The notes beneath the pieces are model-generated. The model ran no database searches. It was not told the origin of the DNA and saw only the letters and a program-made list of their open reading frames with translations. Of a DNA stretch of 64,000 nt, positions 30,412 through 40,214 are shown in pieces (within the stretch, counting starts at the first letter, position 1; each line of letters opens with the position of its first letter). A program made the translations under genes and the position numbers. The DNA comes from an uncultured Lachnospiraceae bacterium (GTDB lineage: Bacteria > Bacillota > Clostridia > Lachnospirales > Lachnospiraceae), in the NCBI GenBank assembly GCA_947643615.1, contig CANRWO010000011.1:10195-74194 (forward strand), given 5' to 3'.

Positions 30412-32109
30412 TTGAAATTTTTACTGGCAGCCATCAACGCAAAATACATACATTCCAACCCTGCAATATACAGCCTGCGGGCTTATGCGGGAGAGGAACT
30501 GTGGCCGCATATTGAACTTGCAGAGTATACCATCAATCAGCCGATGCAGGAGATTCTGGCGGATATTTACCGCCGGAACCCCGATGTCATCGGCTTTTCC
30601 TGCTATATCTGGAACTGGCGTATGGTACAGGAATTGCTGGCGGAATTGCCCAAGGTTCTGCTGGATACGCAGATTTGGCTGGGGGGTCCGGAAGTTTCTT
30701 ATGATGCGGATAAGCTTTTGGGCAGATTTCCCTATGTGAAAGGTATCATGGTTGGAGAGGGGGAGTCTGTTTTTCGGAAATTGATGGAATATTATACATA
30801 TCAGGGAAAAGAACCTTTTTACCTGAAGGATGTGCCCGGACTCTGTCTCAGGAGCGGTTACACCCGGCCCCAGCAGTTGACGGATTTGAGTACGATTCCT
30901 TTTTTATATAAGGATCTGAAACCTTTTGCCAATAGGATCCTATATTATGAGACAAGCAGGGGTTGTCCTTACAGGTGCAGTTATTGCCTTTCATCCATTG
31001 ATAAGACGGTCCGTTTCCGTGATATCAGTGTAGTAAAGAAGGAGCTGCAGTTTTTCCTGGATCATCAGGTGAAGCAGGTGAAATTCGTAGACCGTACTTT
31101 TAACTGCAGGCATGATCACACCATGGAAATATGGCAGTATATCCAGGAACATGACAATGGCGTCACTAATTTCCACTTTGAGATAGCCGCAGATATCCTT
31201 AGGGAAGACGAGATTGCTCTGCTGAATAAGCTGCGGCCTGGACTGGCACAGCTGGAAATCGGCGTACAGACTACAAATCCCGATACATTGCGGGCAATCT
31301 GCCGCAGTATGGATCTCGGCCGGCTGGAGTCCAATGTGGCGGCGGTACATGCAGGGAAGAATATCCATTTGCATTTGGATCTGATCGCAGGACTGCCTTT
31401 TGAGGACTATACAAGCTTCGGGCATTCTTTTAACAGGGTATACCGGATGAGGCCGGAACAGCTGCAGCTGGGGTTCCTAAAGGTGCTGAAAGGTTCCCTG
31501 ATGCATGAGAAGGCGGAGGAATACGGCATTTTTTACATGGACACCCCGCCCTATGAGGTTCTGTACACGAGGTGGCTGCCCTATGAGGATGTGCTGCGGC
31601 TCAAGGGCATTGAGGAAATGGTGGAGCTGTATTATAACAGCAACCAGTTTACCCATACCCTGCCTGTGCTGGAAACCGCATTTACGGATCCCTTCGCTAT
31701 GTTTGAAGCTTTGGCGGAATTCTACAGGGAGAGGGGATATTTTGTGAATAGTCCGGCAAGGGTTTACCGATATCAGGCCCTGCTGGATTTTGCCTGCCGG
31801 TATGACGGAGGCAGAGAGCCGCTCTACAGGGAGCTTCTGATTTATGACATGTATCTGCGGGAGAACCTGAAAAGCAGGCCGGATTTTGCCAGAGATCCCG
31901 TGCCCTATAAGGACCGGATCAGGGAAATGCTATGGAAAGAGGGCCGGCAAAGGAACCTGACCCATATAGAGCCTTTTGTATACCCGGTGTGGGATGCGGA
32001 GAGAGTAAAGGCTGGGGAAAAGAACAGGGAGGAAGTGTTTGTGCTCTTTGATTATACGGTGCGCAGTCCCCTTACCCATGAGGCGGCCGTGGAATGCAAA
32101 AACGGATAG
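30412..32109 (+). CDS. B12-binding radical SAM protein
   Basis: N-terminal B12-binding domain (GFSCYIWN, LGGPEVS); RGCPYRCSYC; DLIAGLP. Confidence 0.92.
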   Translation: MKFLLAAINAKYIHSNPAIYSLRAYAGEELWPHIELAEYTINQPMQEILADIYRRNPDVIGFSCYIWNWRMVQELLAELPKVLLDTQIWLGGPEVSYDADKLLGRFPYVKGIMVGEGESVFRKLMEYYTYQGKEPFYLKDVPGLCLRSGYTRPQQLTDLSTIPFLYKDLKPFANRILYYETSRGCPYRCSYCLSSIDKTVRFRDISVVKKELQFFLDHQVKQVKFVDRTFNCRHDHTMEIWQYIQEHDNGVTNFHFEIAADILREDEIALLNKLRPGLAQLEIGVQTTNPDTLRAICRSMDLGRLESNVAAVHAGKNIHLHLDLIAGLPFEDYTSFGHSFNRVYRMRPEQLQLGFLKVLKGSLMHEKAEEYGIFYMDTPPYEVLYTRWLPYEDVLRLKGIEEMVELYYNSNQFTHTLPVLETAFTDPFAMFEALAEFYRERGYFVNSPARVYRYQALLDFACRYDGGREPLYRELLIYDMYLRENLKSRPDFARDPVPYKDRIREMLWKEGRQRNLTHIEPFVYPVWDAERVKAGEKNREEVFVLFDYTVRSPLTHEAAVECKNG

Positions 32110-32227
32110 AAAGCCGGTTCCATGTACTTTATGAATACATACAATATATAAATCGGTTATATTTATAATGCAAACAGCATAAAATGTCTCTGGATGGAGT
32201 TAAGGAAGGGTTGGCTGTTTTCCGTCC

Positions 32228-32842
32228 TCAGATATCGGGATACGTTTCTTTCAAACGGTTTATGATGATATTGCGGTTGGAAGAGTGGAGTCCGTTTGCC
32301 GTATCCTTTAACCACTGGATCCTGTCGCTCTCCCGCCGGGAGACATAGTAATCCGCCAGCTGGTAGTAGGTGCGGCTGATATCGGTGCGGGTGGTTATGG
32401 CAAATTCCATGAGGACGGCAGCTTCATTTACATAACCTGCAGCTATCAGAATATCTGCCCACTTCTGCAGCGTGCGGACAAGAAGGGTGTAATTCTGGTC
32501 GTACTCTGTCAGTACGGTAATATTGGCTGTGCCGTATTCCAGTTTCAGGTCAGTGTTGGAATAGCCGGTGAGATTTACAATCTTTTGGGAAGTCAGGTGT
32601 TCTATGATACCGATGCAGTCCATTACTTCCACATCTTCCTGCAGAATATGGGTGGGAAATGATTCCAGGGGGATGCTGATGTAATCCAGGTTGTCCAAGG
32701 ACTTCCTGCGGACGGAATTTGCCTGCCGCTCCCTTTCCCAGAAGCTTTTTTCGTTATTTTGCTGGAGCTTGCTCTGCCGCTTGATGCGGACGGAGAGAAA
32801 GATAATAAACGCAATTAAACTTGCACAAAATGCTAAATTCAT
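32228..32842 (-). CDS. Hypothetical protein with N-terminal membrane anchor
   Basis: N-terminal TM followed by a helical domain ending in a TPR-like segment. Confidence 0.75.
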   Translation of the reverse strand: MNLAFCASLIAFIIFLSVRIKRQSKLQQNNEKSFWERERQANSVRRKSLDNLDYISIPLESFPTHILQEDVEVMDCIGIIEHLTSQKIVNLTGYSNTDLKLEYGTANITVLTEYDQNYTLLVRTLQKWADILIAAGYVNEAAVLMEFAITTRTDISRTYYQLADYYVSRRESDRIQWLKDTANGLHSSNRNIIINRLKETYPDI

Positions 32843-32887
32843 ATATAATATCCTTTCAGAGTTTTATTATATTCAAGGAGAGAAAAA

Positions 32888-32995
32888 ATGTTACGTTTCA
32901 ATAATAAAAAGACCCAGCAGCGAGTGTCAGCGGTAATTGTTATTATACTGGTGCTTGCAATGGTCATTCCCACTTTAACATATTTTTTAGGTTAA
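32888..32995 (+). CDS. 35-aa single-pass membrane miniprotein
   Basis: Not in the ORF track. AAGGAG RBS; MLRFNNKKTQQRVSAVIVIILVLAMVIPTLTYFLG*. Confidence 0.7.
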   Translation: MLRFNNKKTQQRVSAVIVIILVLAMVIPTLTYFLG

Positions 32996-33095
32996 TTCAA
33001 TGTGGGGGAAGGACTAAATCGAACAGTGAAACCCCTGCATCCATAAAAGCGGCTGCTGATTGTGGTGCAAATTGTTGAAAGGCATGGTTGATTAT

Positions 33096-34580
33096 ATGGC
33101 TATATTTTTGAAGAAAATATCTGAGAGATTGTGGATTGCGGCACTGGCTGCAGTTATGGCGCTTTCTTTTGGTATGACTGTCCAGGCCGCGGAAAGCAGT
33201 ACCATTAAACCCGGTATCTTTGCCGGGGATATCGAACTGTCGGGCATGAGCGCCGACCAGGCGGAAGCGGCTTTGAACACATACATAGAGGGTTTAAAGG
33301 AGGCGGAGATCACGCTGCTTGCGGGCGGCAACCATCCGGTGGTGGTGACGGCAGGCGATCTGGGGATCCGGTGGAGTAATCCCGAGCTGATAAATGAGGC
33401 CCTGGAAGTAGGAACCCACGGGAACGTGATAGAGCGTTACAAGATCTTAATGGATCTGGAACATGAAAATCTGATATACCCTATTAAACTTGATTTTGAC
33501 TTACAGGCCATTAATGACATACTCACAAACGAGTGCGTGAAGTATGACGTAAAGGCAGTAAATACAGGGTTGAAACGTGAAAACGGAGAATTTCAAATAA
33601 TAGAAGGCCAGACGGGGTATTCCCTGGATGTGGAGACATCCATTGACCTGATCTATGACTATCTGACCATGGAATGGGATCATGAACCATGCCAGATCGC
33701 GTTGGATGTCACAGTGGAGGAACCTAAGGGCAGCGAGGAGGAATTGGCGCAGGTTACCGACGTGCTTGGAACGTTTTCCACTTCTTATAAGACATCCGGT
33801 TCTTCGAGAAGCGCCAATGTGGAGAACGGCTGCAATTTAATCAATGGGGTTACGCTGTATCCCGGGGAAGAGTTTTCCACTTATGAGGCAGTTGCGCCAT
33901 TTTCCGAGGCAAACGGTTATTATATGGCAGGCTCCTATATCAACGGTAGAGTGGTAGACAGCCTTGGAGGAGGGATCTGCCAGGTATCCACCACATTGTA
34001 CAATGCCGTCCTGCTCTCCGAGCTGGAAGTTACGGAGAGGCATAACCATTCCATGATAGTGACTTACGTAAATCCTTCTGCCGACGCGGCTATTGCGGAA
34101 AGCTCGGGCAAAGATTTCAGGTTTGTCAACAACCTGGAGTACCCTATTTATATTGAAGGATATACCGAGAATAAGAGGATTACCTTTAATATATACGGGA
34201 AAGAAACACGGGATCCCGGCCATGTAGTAACCTATGAAAGCGAAGTGCTGGAAGTGATCAACCCGCCGTCAGATAATTTGATCGCTGACGCAGGCCAGCC
34301 TGTGGGATATGTAGTGGTGGCGGAAAGCGCCCATATCGGTTATAAGGCCAGGCTATGGAAGGTTGTCACGGAGAACGGTGTGGAAGTCAGCCGTGAGCAG
34401 GTCAACAGCAGCAGCTATAAGATGGTTCCCAGAAGCGCCATTGTCGGTGTAGCCACTGGTGATCCCCATGCCTATGAAGAGATTATGGCAGCTATCGGAA
34501 CAGGAAATTTAGACCATGTGAGAAATGTGGCCGGAATATTGACTGCGCCGCCGCAATATGAAGATTCAGATGACGAATAA
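33096..34580 (+). CDS. VanW-family cell-surface protein (putative PG-binding domain, VanW, G5-like C-terminus)
   Basis: Signal peptide; RSANV..GC..ING..L.PGEEFS; GGGICQVSTTLYNAVL; RHNHS; DFRFVN. Confidence 0.9.
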   Translation: MAIFLKKISERLWIAALAAVMALSFGMTVQAAESSTIKPGIFAGDIELSGMSADQAEAALNTYIEGLKEAEITLLAGGNHPVVVTAGDLGIRWSNPELINEALEVGTHGNVIERYKILMDLEHENLIYPIKLDFDLQAINDILTNECVKYDVKAVNTGLKRENGEFQIIEGQTGYSLDVETSIDLIYDYLTMEWDHEPCQIALDVTVEEPKGSEEELAQVTDVLGTFSTSYKTSGSSRSANVENGCNLINGVTLYPGEEFSTYEAVAPFSEANGYYMAGSYINGRVVDSLGGGICQVSTTLYNAVLLSELEVTERHNHSMIVTYVNPSADAAIAESSGKDFRFVNNLEYPIYIEGYTENKRITFNIYGKETRDPGHVVTYESEVLEVINPPSDNLIADAGQPVGYVVVAESAHIGYKARLWKVVTENGVEVSREQVNSSSYKMVPRSAIVGVATGDPHAYEEIMAAIGTGNLDHVRNVAGILTAPPQYEDSDDE

Positions 34581-34724
34581 ACAGCCGAAAGGAGTCCCCA
34601 ATTGCTGGTAACGATGTTCATTTCGGCAGCTTATGATTGGATGTCTGCGCAGCCATATTTGCTGAATGGGAAGCAGTATGGGATGTACCGGATAGGAAAA
34701 TAGAGTAATATTTAAGGGATAAGC

Positions 34725-35732
34725 ATGAAAATCGGGAAAATTTCGGTGAATGTTTTAAAACGGTCTGTCCTCAGGCAGATCCATACAAAACGGGAAGATG
34801 TTGTCAATGGCGCAGGCATAGGGGAAGACTGCGCCATTTTCACGTTTCCCGGCGAGACTGTGACAACGTCCTGCGTGCAGGAAGCACCGCTGATTTGGCC
34901 GGCCTGTGGGAAACTTTCCGGGGAGCAGAGATCCATTACTCATTTGATCCGGAAATGTGCCAACAATCTGGCAGCAAAAGGGGCGGAGCCAGTGGCTGTC
35001 CTGATTACTCTGCTGCTACCGGAAAGCCTGGAGGAGGCGGACCTGAAAAAGGTTATGGAGGAAGCGGACAAAGCCTGCGAGAACTTGCATATGCAGATAG
35101 CCGGGGGACAGACCCGGGTAACTGGGATGGTGAGCATGCCATACAGTGTTGTCACGGGAATCGGGAAAATGCCGTCGGAGACATACCGGAATCTAAAAGC
35201 TGCGGCGCCGGGACAGGATGTGGTAATCAGTAAATGGATCGGCCTGGAGGGAACTTCCTTTTTGGCAAGGAGATACAGGCAAAAGTTGTCGGAGCGTTAT
35301 CCTGCCTGTCTTGTGGAAGAGGCGGCAGGGTTTGATAGATATTTGTCGGTGATACCGGAGGCCGCAGTCGCCGTGAAGTCCGGCGTGTGTGCCATGCATG
35401 ATGTCTCCGAGGGAGGGATTTTCGGGGCCCTTTGGGAGCTTGCAGAAGGTGCAGGTGTCGGACTGACCATTGAACTGAAAAAGCTGCCCTTGCGCCAGGA
35501 GACGGTAGAGGTGTGCGAATGCTGTAACGTGAATCCCTACGAGTTGTTATCCGGCGGCTGTCTGCTGATGACAAGCGAAGACGGCCCCGGCCTGGTATCC
35601 GCCCTTAAGGCCCAGGGGATCCCTGCGGTAACGGTGGGGAAAGTGACGGGTAGCAAGGAGAGGATTCTGGTAAATGAGGACGAGATCCGGTATATGGACC
35701 GCCCCCAGAGGGACGGGATATACGAGGAGTGA
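34725..35732 (+). CDS. AIR-synthase-related protein (HypE/ThiL-like)
   Basis: GIGEDCA, NNLAAKGAEP, IAGGQT, AMHDVSEGG, NPYELLSGG. Confidence 0.85.
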   Translation: MKIGKISVNVLKRSVLRQIHTKREDVVNGAGIGEDCAIFTFPGETVTTSCVQEAPLIWPACGKLSGEQRSITHLIRKCANNLAAKGAEPVAVLITLLLPESLEEADLKKVMEEADKACENLHMQIAGGQTRVTGMVSMPYSVVTGIGKMPSETYRNLKAAAPGQDVVISKWIGLEGTSFLARRYRQKLSERYPACLVEEAAGFDRYLSVIPEAAVAVKSGVCAMHDVSEGGIFGALWELAEGAGVGLTIELKKLPLRQETVEVCECCNVNPYELLSGGCLLMTSEDGPGLVSALKAQGIPAVTVGKVTGSKERILVNEDEIRYMDRPQRDGIYEE

Positions 35733-35791
35733 CGTATTTGGGCCTGTTCCCGCAAGGGAAGGGTTCATACGGGAAAGGCATGGGTATAAAA

Positions 35792-36274
35792 ATGAGAGAA
35801 GAATTACTGACCGTTATTGAGAAGAACAGCCGCATTGATTTAAAGGAGCTTGCGGTGATCCTGGGCGTACAGGAAGTGGATGTGGTGAACGAGCTGGCCG
35901 CCTTGGAAGCGGAGGGTGTGATATGCGGTTATCACACATTGATCGACTGGGAGAAGACCAGCAATGAAAAGGTATCCGCATTGATCGAAGTGCGTGTTAC
36001 CCCCCAGAGAGGGCAGGGTTTTGACAGTGTGGCTGAACGCATTTACCGCTACCCTGAGGTACGCAGCGTATACCTGATGTCCGGCGGCTATGACTTGATG
36101 GTGATTTTGGAGGGTAAGACGCTTCGTGAAGTTTCCAGCTTCGTGTCCGATAAGCTCTCCACCCTGGATACGGTGCTGAGCACGGCGACCCATTTTATCT
36201 TAAAAAAGTACAAGGATCACGGGACAGTGCTCTCCCAGATCAAGGAAGATGAAAGGGAGAAGATTACGCCATGA
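35792..36274 (+). CDS. Lrp/AsnC-family transcriptional regulator
   Basis: N-terminal HTH (IEKNSRIDLKELA), C-terminal RAM domain (YLMSGGYDL); ATGA overlap with the next gene. Confidence 0.92.
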   Translation: MREELLTVIEKNSRIDLKELAVILGVQEVDVVNELAALEAEGVICGYHTLIDWEKTSNEKVSALIEVRVTPQRGQGFDSVAERIYRYPEVRSVYLMSGGYDLMVILEGKTLREVSSFVSDKLSTLDTVLSTATHFILKKYKDHGTVLSQIKEDEREKITP

Positions 36275-37449
36275 GAAATCCGTTAGCAGAGAAAGTAGTA
36301 GAGATCAAACCCTCAGGCATCCGAAAATTTTTTGATATTGTCAGCGAGATGAAAGATGCCATATCCCTGGGGGTGGGTGAACCTGACTTTGACACCCCAT
36401 GGCATATCCGTGACGAGGGCATTTATTCCTTGGAGAAAGGCAGGACCTTTTATACCTCCAACTCAGGATTGAAGGAACTCCGCCAGGAGATTGGGAATTA
36501 TGTCAGGAGAAGGCATGGCGTTACATATGACCCTATGGCAGAGGTGCTGATCACAGTAGGGGGATCGGAGGCTATCGACATAGGGCTCCGTGCCATGATC
36601 AATCCCGGGGAGGAAGTGTTGATTCCCCAGCCAAGCTATGTGTCTTATGAGCCTTGTGCCATATTGGCAGGGGCCACCCCTGTTATCATTCATTTAAAAG
36701 CGGAGAATGAGTTTCGCCTGACGGCGGAGGAATTGGAAGCGTCCATTACGGATAAGACAAAAATATTGATTCTCCCTTTCCCTAATAACCCTACCGGGGC
36801 AATTATGGAACGGAAGGATCTGGAGGCCATTGCCCAGGTGATTGAAAAGCATGACCTTTTTGTGATGTCGGATGAAATTTATGGGGAACTGACTTATAAA
36901 GAAAAGCATGTATCCATTATTGAGCTTCCGGGAATGAAAGAGCGTACAATCTTTATTAACGGATTTTCCAAGGCCTATGCCATGACCGGATGGAGGCTTG
37001 GTTACGCATGCGGCCCCAGAGAGATTATCCAGCAGATGACCAAGATCCATCAATTTGCCATTATGTGTGCCCCTACCACCAGCCAATACGCAGCGGTGGA
37101 AGCGCTGAAAAACGGTGACGGCGACGTGGCGGAGATGCGCACTGCCTACAACCAGCGGAGACGGTTTTTGATGAATGCATTCCGGGAAATGGAGTTGGAA
37201 TGTTTTGAACCCTACGGTGCATTTTATGTCTTCCCCTGTATTAAGGAGTTTGGCATGACCAGTGATGAATTTGCTACAAGGCTTTTGGAGGAGGAGAAGG
37301 TGGCGGTAGTGCCGGGCACTGCTTTTGGTGACTGCGGAGAGGGGTATCTCAGGATATCGTATGCCTATTCCCTGGAGAACCTGAAGATAGCTATCGGCAG
37401 GCTTGGCCGGTTTGTCACGAGGCTGCGGGAAGAGAAAAGGGTCAATTAG
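36271..37449 (+). CDS. PLP-dependent class I/II aminotransferase
   Basis: LGVGEPDF, PNNPTG, SDEIY, NGFSKAYAMTGWRLGY, G.FY.FP. Confidence 0.95.
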   Translation: MRNPLAEKVVEIKPSGIRKFFDIVSEMKDAISLGVGEPDFDTPWHIRDEGIYSLEKGRTFYTSNSGLKELRQEIGNYVRRRHGVTYDPMAEVLITVGGSEAIDIGLRAMINPGEEVLIPQPSYVSYEPCAILAGATPVIIHLKAENEFRLTAEELEASITDKTKILILPFPNNPTGAIMERKDLEAIAQVIEKHDLFVMSDEIYGELTYKEKHVSIIELPGMKERTIFINGFSKAYAMTGWRLGYACGPREIIQQMTKIHQFAIMCAPTTSQYAAVEALKNGDGDVAEMRTAYNQRRRFLMNAFREMELECFEPYGAFYVFPCIKEFGMTSDEFATRLLEEEKVAVVPGTAFGDCGEGYLRISYAYSLENLKIAIGRLGRFVTRLREEKRVN

Positions 37450-37461
37450 AAAGGCAAACAG

Positions 37462-37950
37462 ATGCACATAATTTTACATCAGCCGGAAATACCGGGTAAT
37501 ACCGGAAATATTGGGCGTACCTGCGTAGCTACAGGTACGTCCCTTCATTTGATCGAGCCGCTGGGGTTTCGGTTGGATGAAAAATCCATCCGCCGTGCGG
37601 GAATGGATTATTGGGAACACCTGGATGTTACCAGATACATAAATTATGCGGAGTTTCGGGAGAAACATCCCGATGCGAAAGTATGGATGGCGACCACAAA
37701 GGCAAAACAGGCTTATACGGAAGTCGCTTACGGCCCGGATGACTTTATCATGTTCGGAAAAGAAAGCGCGGGGATCCCTGAGGAAATCCTGGTGGAGCAT
37801 GGGGAAAACTGTATCAGGATCCCAATGCTGCCGGCTATCCGTTCCCTGAACCTGTCCAATTCTGTGGCCATTGTGCTGTACGAAGCCCTGAGGCAGCAGG
37901 GATTTGGGCAAATGCAAAAAGAAGGGGAGCTTCATCGGCTGCACTGGTAA
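37462..37950 (+). CDS. trmL: tRNA (cytidine/uridine-34 2'-O)-methyltransferase
   Basis: PEIPGNTGNIGRTC, RRAGMDYW, FGKESAG, RIPM, RSLNLSNSVA. Confidence 0.95.
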   Translation: MHIILHQPEIPGNTGNIGRTCVATGTSLHLIEPLGFRLDEKSIRRAGMDYWEHLDVTRYINYAEFREKHPDAKVWMATTKAKQAYTEVAYGPDDFIMFGKESAGIPEEILVEHGENCIRIPMLPAIRSLNLSNSVAIVLYEALRQQGFGQMQKEGELHRLHW

Positions 37951-38026
37951 GTACCACAAAGGCAGGCGGCTTTTACGGATTGATTGGCCGATGGTGACGG
38001 TATTGGTTAGTGGAACGGAAGGCATG

Positions 38027-38698
38027 TTAAAAAAGATCCCGGTACTGCGGATATTCGGCCAGGAAACGGTTGATGACTTGCGGTTGATCCCAATAATGCA
38101 TGGGGTATACTTTTTTCACATTGACCTGCTGTAGGAAATATAGTATGCCCTGGGCATAGGAGGATCCCAGCCTTGGGTCCAGGGGCAGAAAGGCGGCGTC
38201 AATGGCGCGGCCTTTTAATTTCGCTATCTGGGCGCGGTAGCTGCCTCTCATCTGCTTCCGCTCCTGTTCCGTGTCTGTTTCCCTGCCCCAGTCATTTAAA
38301 TCTCCCCCATGATAGATAACGCCTTCCCGGCACTCCAGCAAAAAAGCAACGCCCCGGTCGGTGGAGAGCAGGGTTTCCAGGTGAGTGCCACAGGGCAGCG
38401 CATATACCCGGCTGTGATAGACCTTAAGGAGTTCTGCTCCCGTATGGGGATAACGCTTTTCGGGAATGTCGTTAGGCAGGACGGCATATACTTTTTTCAT
38501 ACCCCGGTTGGAAAGGATGGTAAATATCTCGGGGTTATAATGGTCTTCATGACGGTGGCTGACAAGGGTGAAGATTGGTTTTTCCGTGTCCAATTCGGGC
38601 AAGTTTCCCCTGTAATAATCGAATAAGTAGTAACAATCGGAGGTCTCAACCAGAAAGCAGCTGTGGTAAATGTAAGTAATCTTCATAAATCTTTTCAT
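38027..38698 (-). CDS. MBL-fold metallo-hydrolase
   Basis: HSCFLVE, SHRHEDHY, YHGGDLN, PMHYW. Confidence 0.88.
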   Translation of the reverse strand: MKRFMKITYIYHSCFLVETSDCYYLFDYYRGNLPELDTEKPIFTLVSHRHEDHYNPEIFTILSNRGMKKVYAVLPNDIPEKRYPHTGAELLKVYHSRVYALPCGTHLETLLSTDRGVAFLLECREGVIYHGGDLNDWGRETDTEQERKQMRGSYRAQIAKLKGRAIDAAFLPLDPRLGSSYAQGILYFLQQVNVKKVYPMHYWDQPQVINRFLAEYPQYRDLF

Positions 38699-38782
38699 AC
38701 CTTTCTAATATCTGTTATTTTAGCATAAAAAACCATTTTGTGAACAGAATAAAAGAAATGAAGACGGGAAGGAGAGACAGCA

Positions 38783-39697
38783 ATGAAGTTTGACCGAAGG
38801 GCGCCGGGCGAGGGAGTGGAGGCAGCCTGCAGGCTGGAAAACGGGAAAGCAGTGCTGGAATGGCGTTTTTCTTTTCTGGAAGGGGAGCATGAGGAAGGGG
38901 AGGACACACTGACACTTGCCATGCGGGACAGGGAAGGAAAGACGGTGCTTTTATGTATGCAGAAGGCGGATGAAGAAGAACTTTTAATGTCTGTCGTACT
39001 GCAACCCCGTCTGTGGAGTTGTGAGCAGCCGTATTTGTATGAGGCAGAGGCAGTATTGCAGGATTCTGCGGGAAAAGAAACAGACCGGCTTCGGAAACAG
39101 CTTCCCCTGCGGGAATTTGTCCGGGATCCCCGCAGGGGATGGCTCTTAAACAGGGCAGAATTCGTGCTGAAAGCAGTGGAGTATACCATTCCCATGTACA
39201 CCTCCCAGACGGAAAAGCAAAGGCTGGTATTGAGCGATTTCCGGCTTTTGAAAGAGATGGGTGCAAATTGTGTCCATACGGACCCTTCCCTGTGGAAGTT
39301 ATGTGAGAAGCTGGGATTCCTTATTTGGGATAAAAGCATGGCGGTAGCCGGGGAAGAGCTTCCCTGCCTTACAGGGGAAGATACCCACAGCCTATCCTTA
39401 AAACAGACATGCTCCCTTTTTTATGAGTACAAGGCAAAATGGAGTGATGAACCTTTTGTATACATTGCCCCGGACCAAATAACAGTTCTCCCCTCGGGGA
39501 ACCTGAGAGTTACGGTATATAGCAACTGCTGCAGGGTAGTCCTGTATTCGGACGGCATATTGTATGAGTTCCAGTCCGGAAGCGAAGAATTCATTTTCTC
39601 GGAAGTCCCGGCAAAAGGCCCCTGCGTTATGCTTTCTGCGGAAGGGGACGACTGCAGCATGTCCCTTTCTTTCCATAAGACTTTTCCCTTAAAGTAA
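38783..39697 (+). CDS. Short GH2-derived protein apparently lacking the catalytic core
   Basis: GH2 motifs LW...PYLY, D..LLKEMGAN, LCEKLG.LIWD, YKAKWSDEPFV, VYSN, but only 304 aa and no WxxxNE motif. Confidence 0.7.
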   Translation: MKFDRRAPGEGVEAACRLENGKAVLEWRFSFLEGEHEEGEDTLTLAMRDREGKTVLLCMQKADEEELLMSVVLQPRLWSCEQPYLYEAEAVLQDSAGKETDRLRKQLPLREFVRDPRRGWLLNRAEFVLKAVEYTIPMYTSQTEKQRLVLSDFRLLKEMGANCVHTDPSLWKLCEKLGFLIWDKSMAVAGEELPCLTGEDTHSLSLKQTCSLFYEYKAKWSDEPFVYIAPDQITVLPSGNLRVTVYSNCCRVVLYSDGILYEFQSGSEEFIFSEVPAKGPCVMLSAEGDDCSMSLSFHKTFPLK

Positions 39698-39864
39698 TAT
39701 TGCTGATACAACACAATTCTGTCGCATCCGCAAAATGTTGACAAGTTTACTTGTTACATGTACCATGCTAATAAGGGGATTTTTAGGGAAAATTCCCAAT
39801 ACTAAAGATAAAACACACGGTACAGCTTGGAGTACTTTAAATTGGTACTGGTGGAAGGAGCTCT

Positions 39865-40203
39865 ATGGTTTTTCATAACGAATCGTTCACAATAGATAAT
39901 CTCTGGGATAAGATCGTAGAGAAGGAAGGACAGAGTTTCCTGACGAAAAAAGGCCTGCCGTTTATATATTCGATCAAGGGAGGGGAGCTTTTCACGGACA
40001 GGAGGGAACGCTCCATTACCAGAAGCACTTTTGAAAAGGCATATGAGAAGCTTTTCCGGGATCAGGTGGGGGAAGGCGCCCCGAAAAGAATCGTTGGCCC
40101 CAAGACTCTTAACGTTTACGGAGCGCCCTATGTGTGGGCGGTATTTACGGGTATTGGCATGATTGAGGAGGAGCAGTACGTTCAGCAGGAAATGCAATTT
40201 TAA
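39865..40203 (+). CDS. Small hypothetical protein
   Basis: AAGGAG RBS; upstream TTGACA-N17-TACCAT promoter; coherent globular sequence. Confidence 0.7.
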   Translation: MVFHNESFTIDNLWDKIVEKEGQSFLTKKGLPFIYSIKGGELFTDRRERSITRSTFEKAYEKLFRDQVGEGAPKRIVGPKTLNVYGAPYVWAVFTGIGMIEEEQYVQQEMQF

Positions 40204-40214
40204 GGAGCTTCCTG

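Noticed and set aside
33096-34580. Vancomycin-resistance locus
   Set aside because: VanW-domain proteins are widespread; no vanHAX or vanRS nearby.
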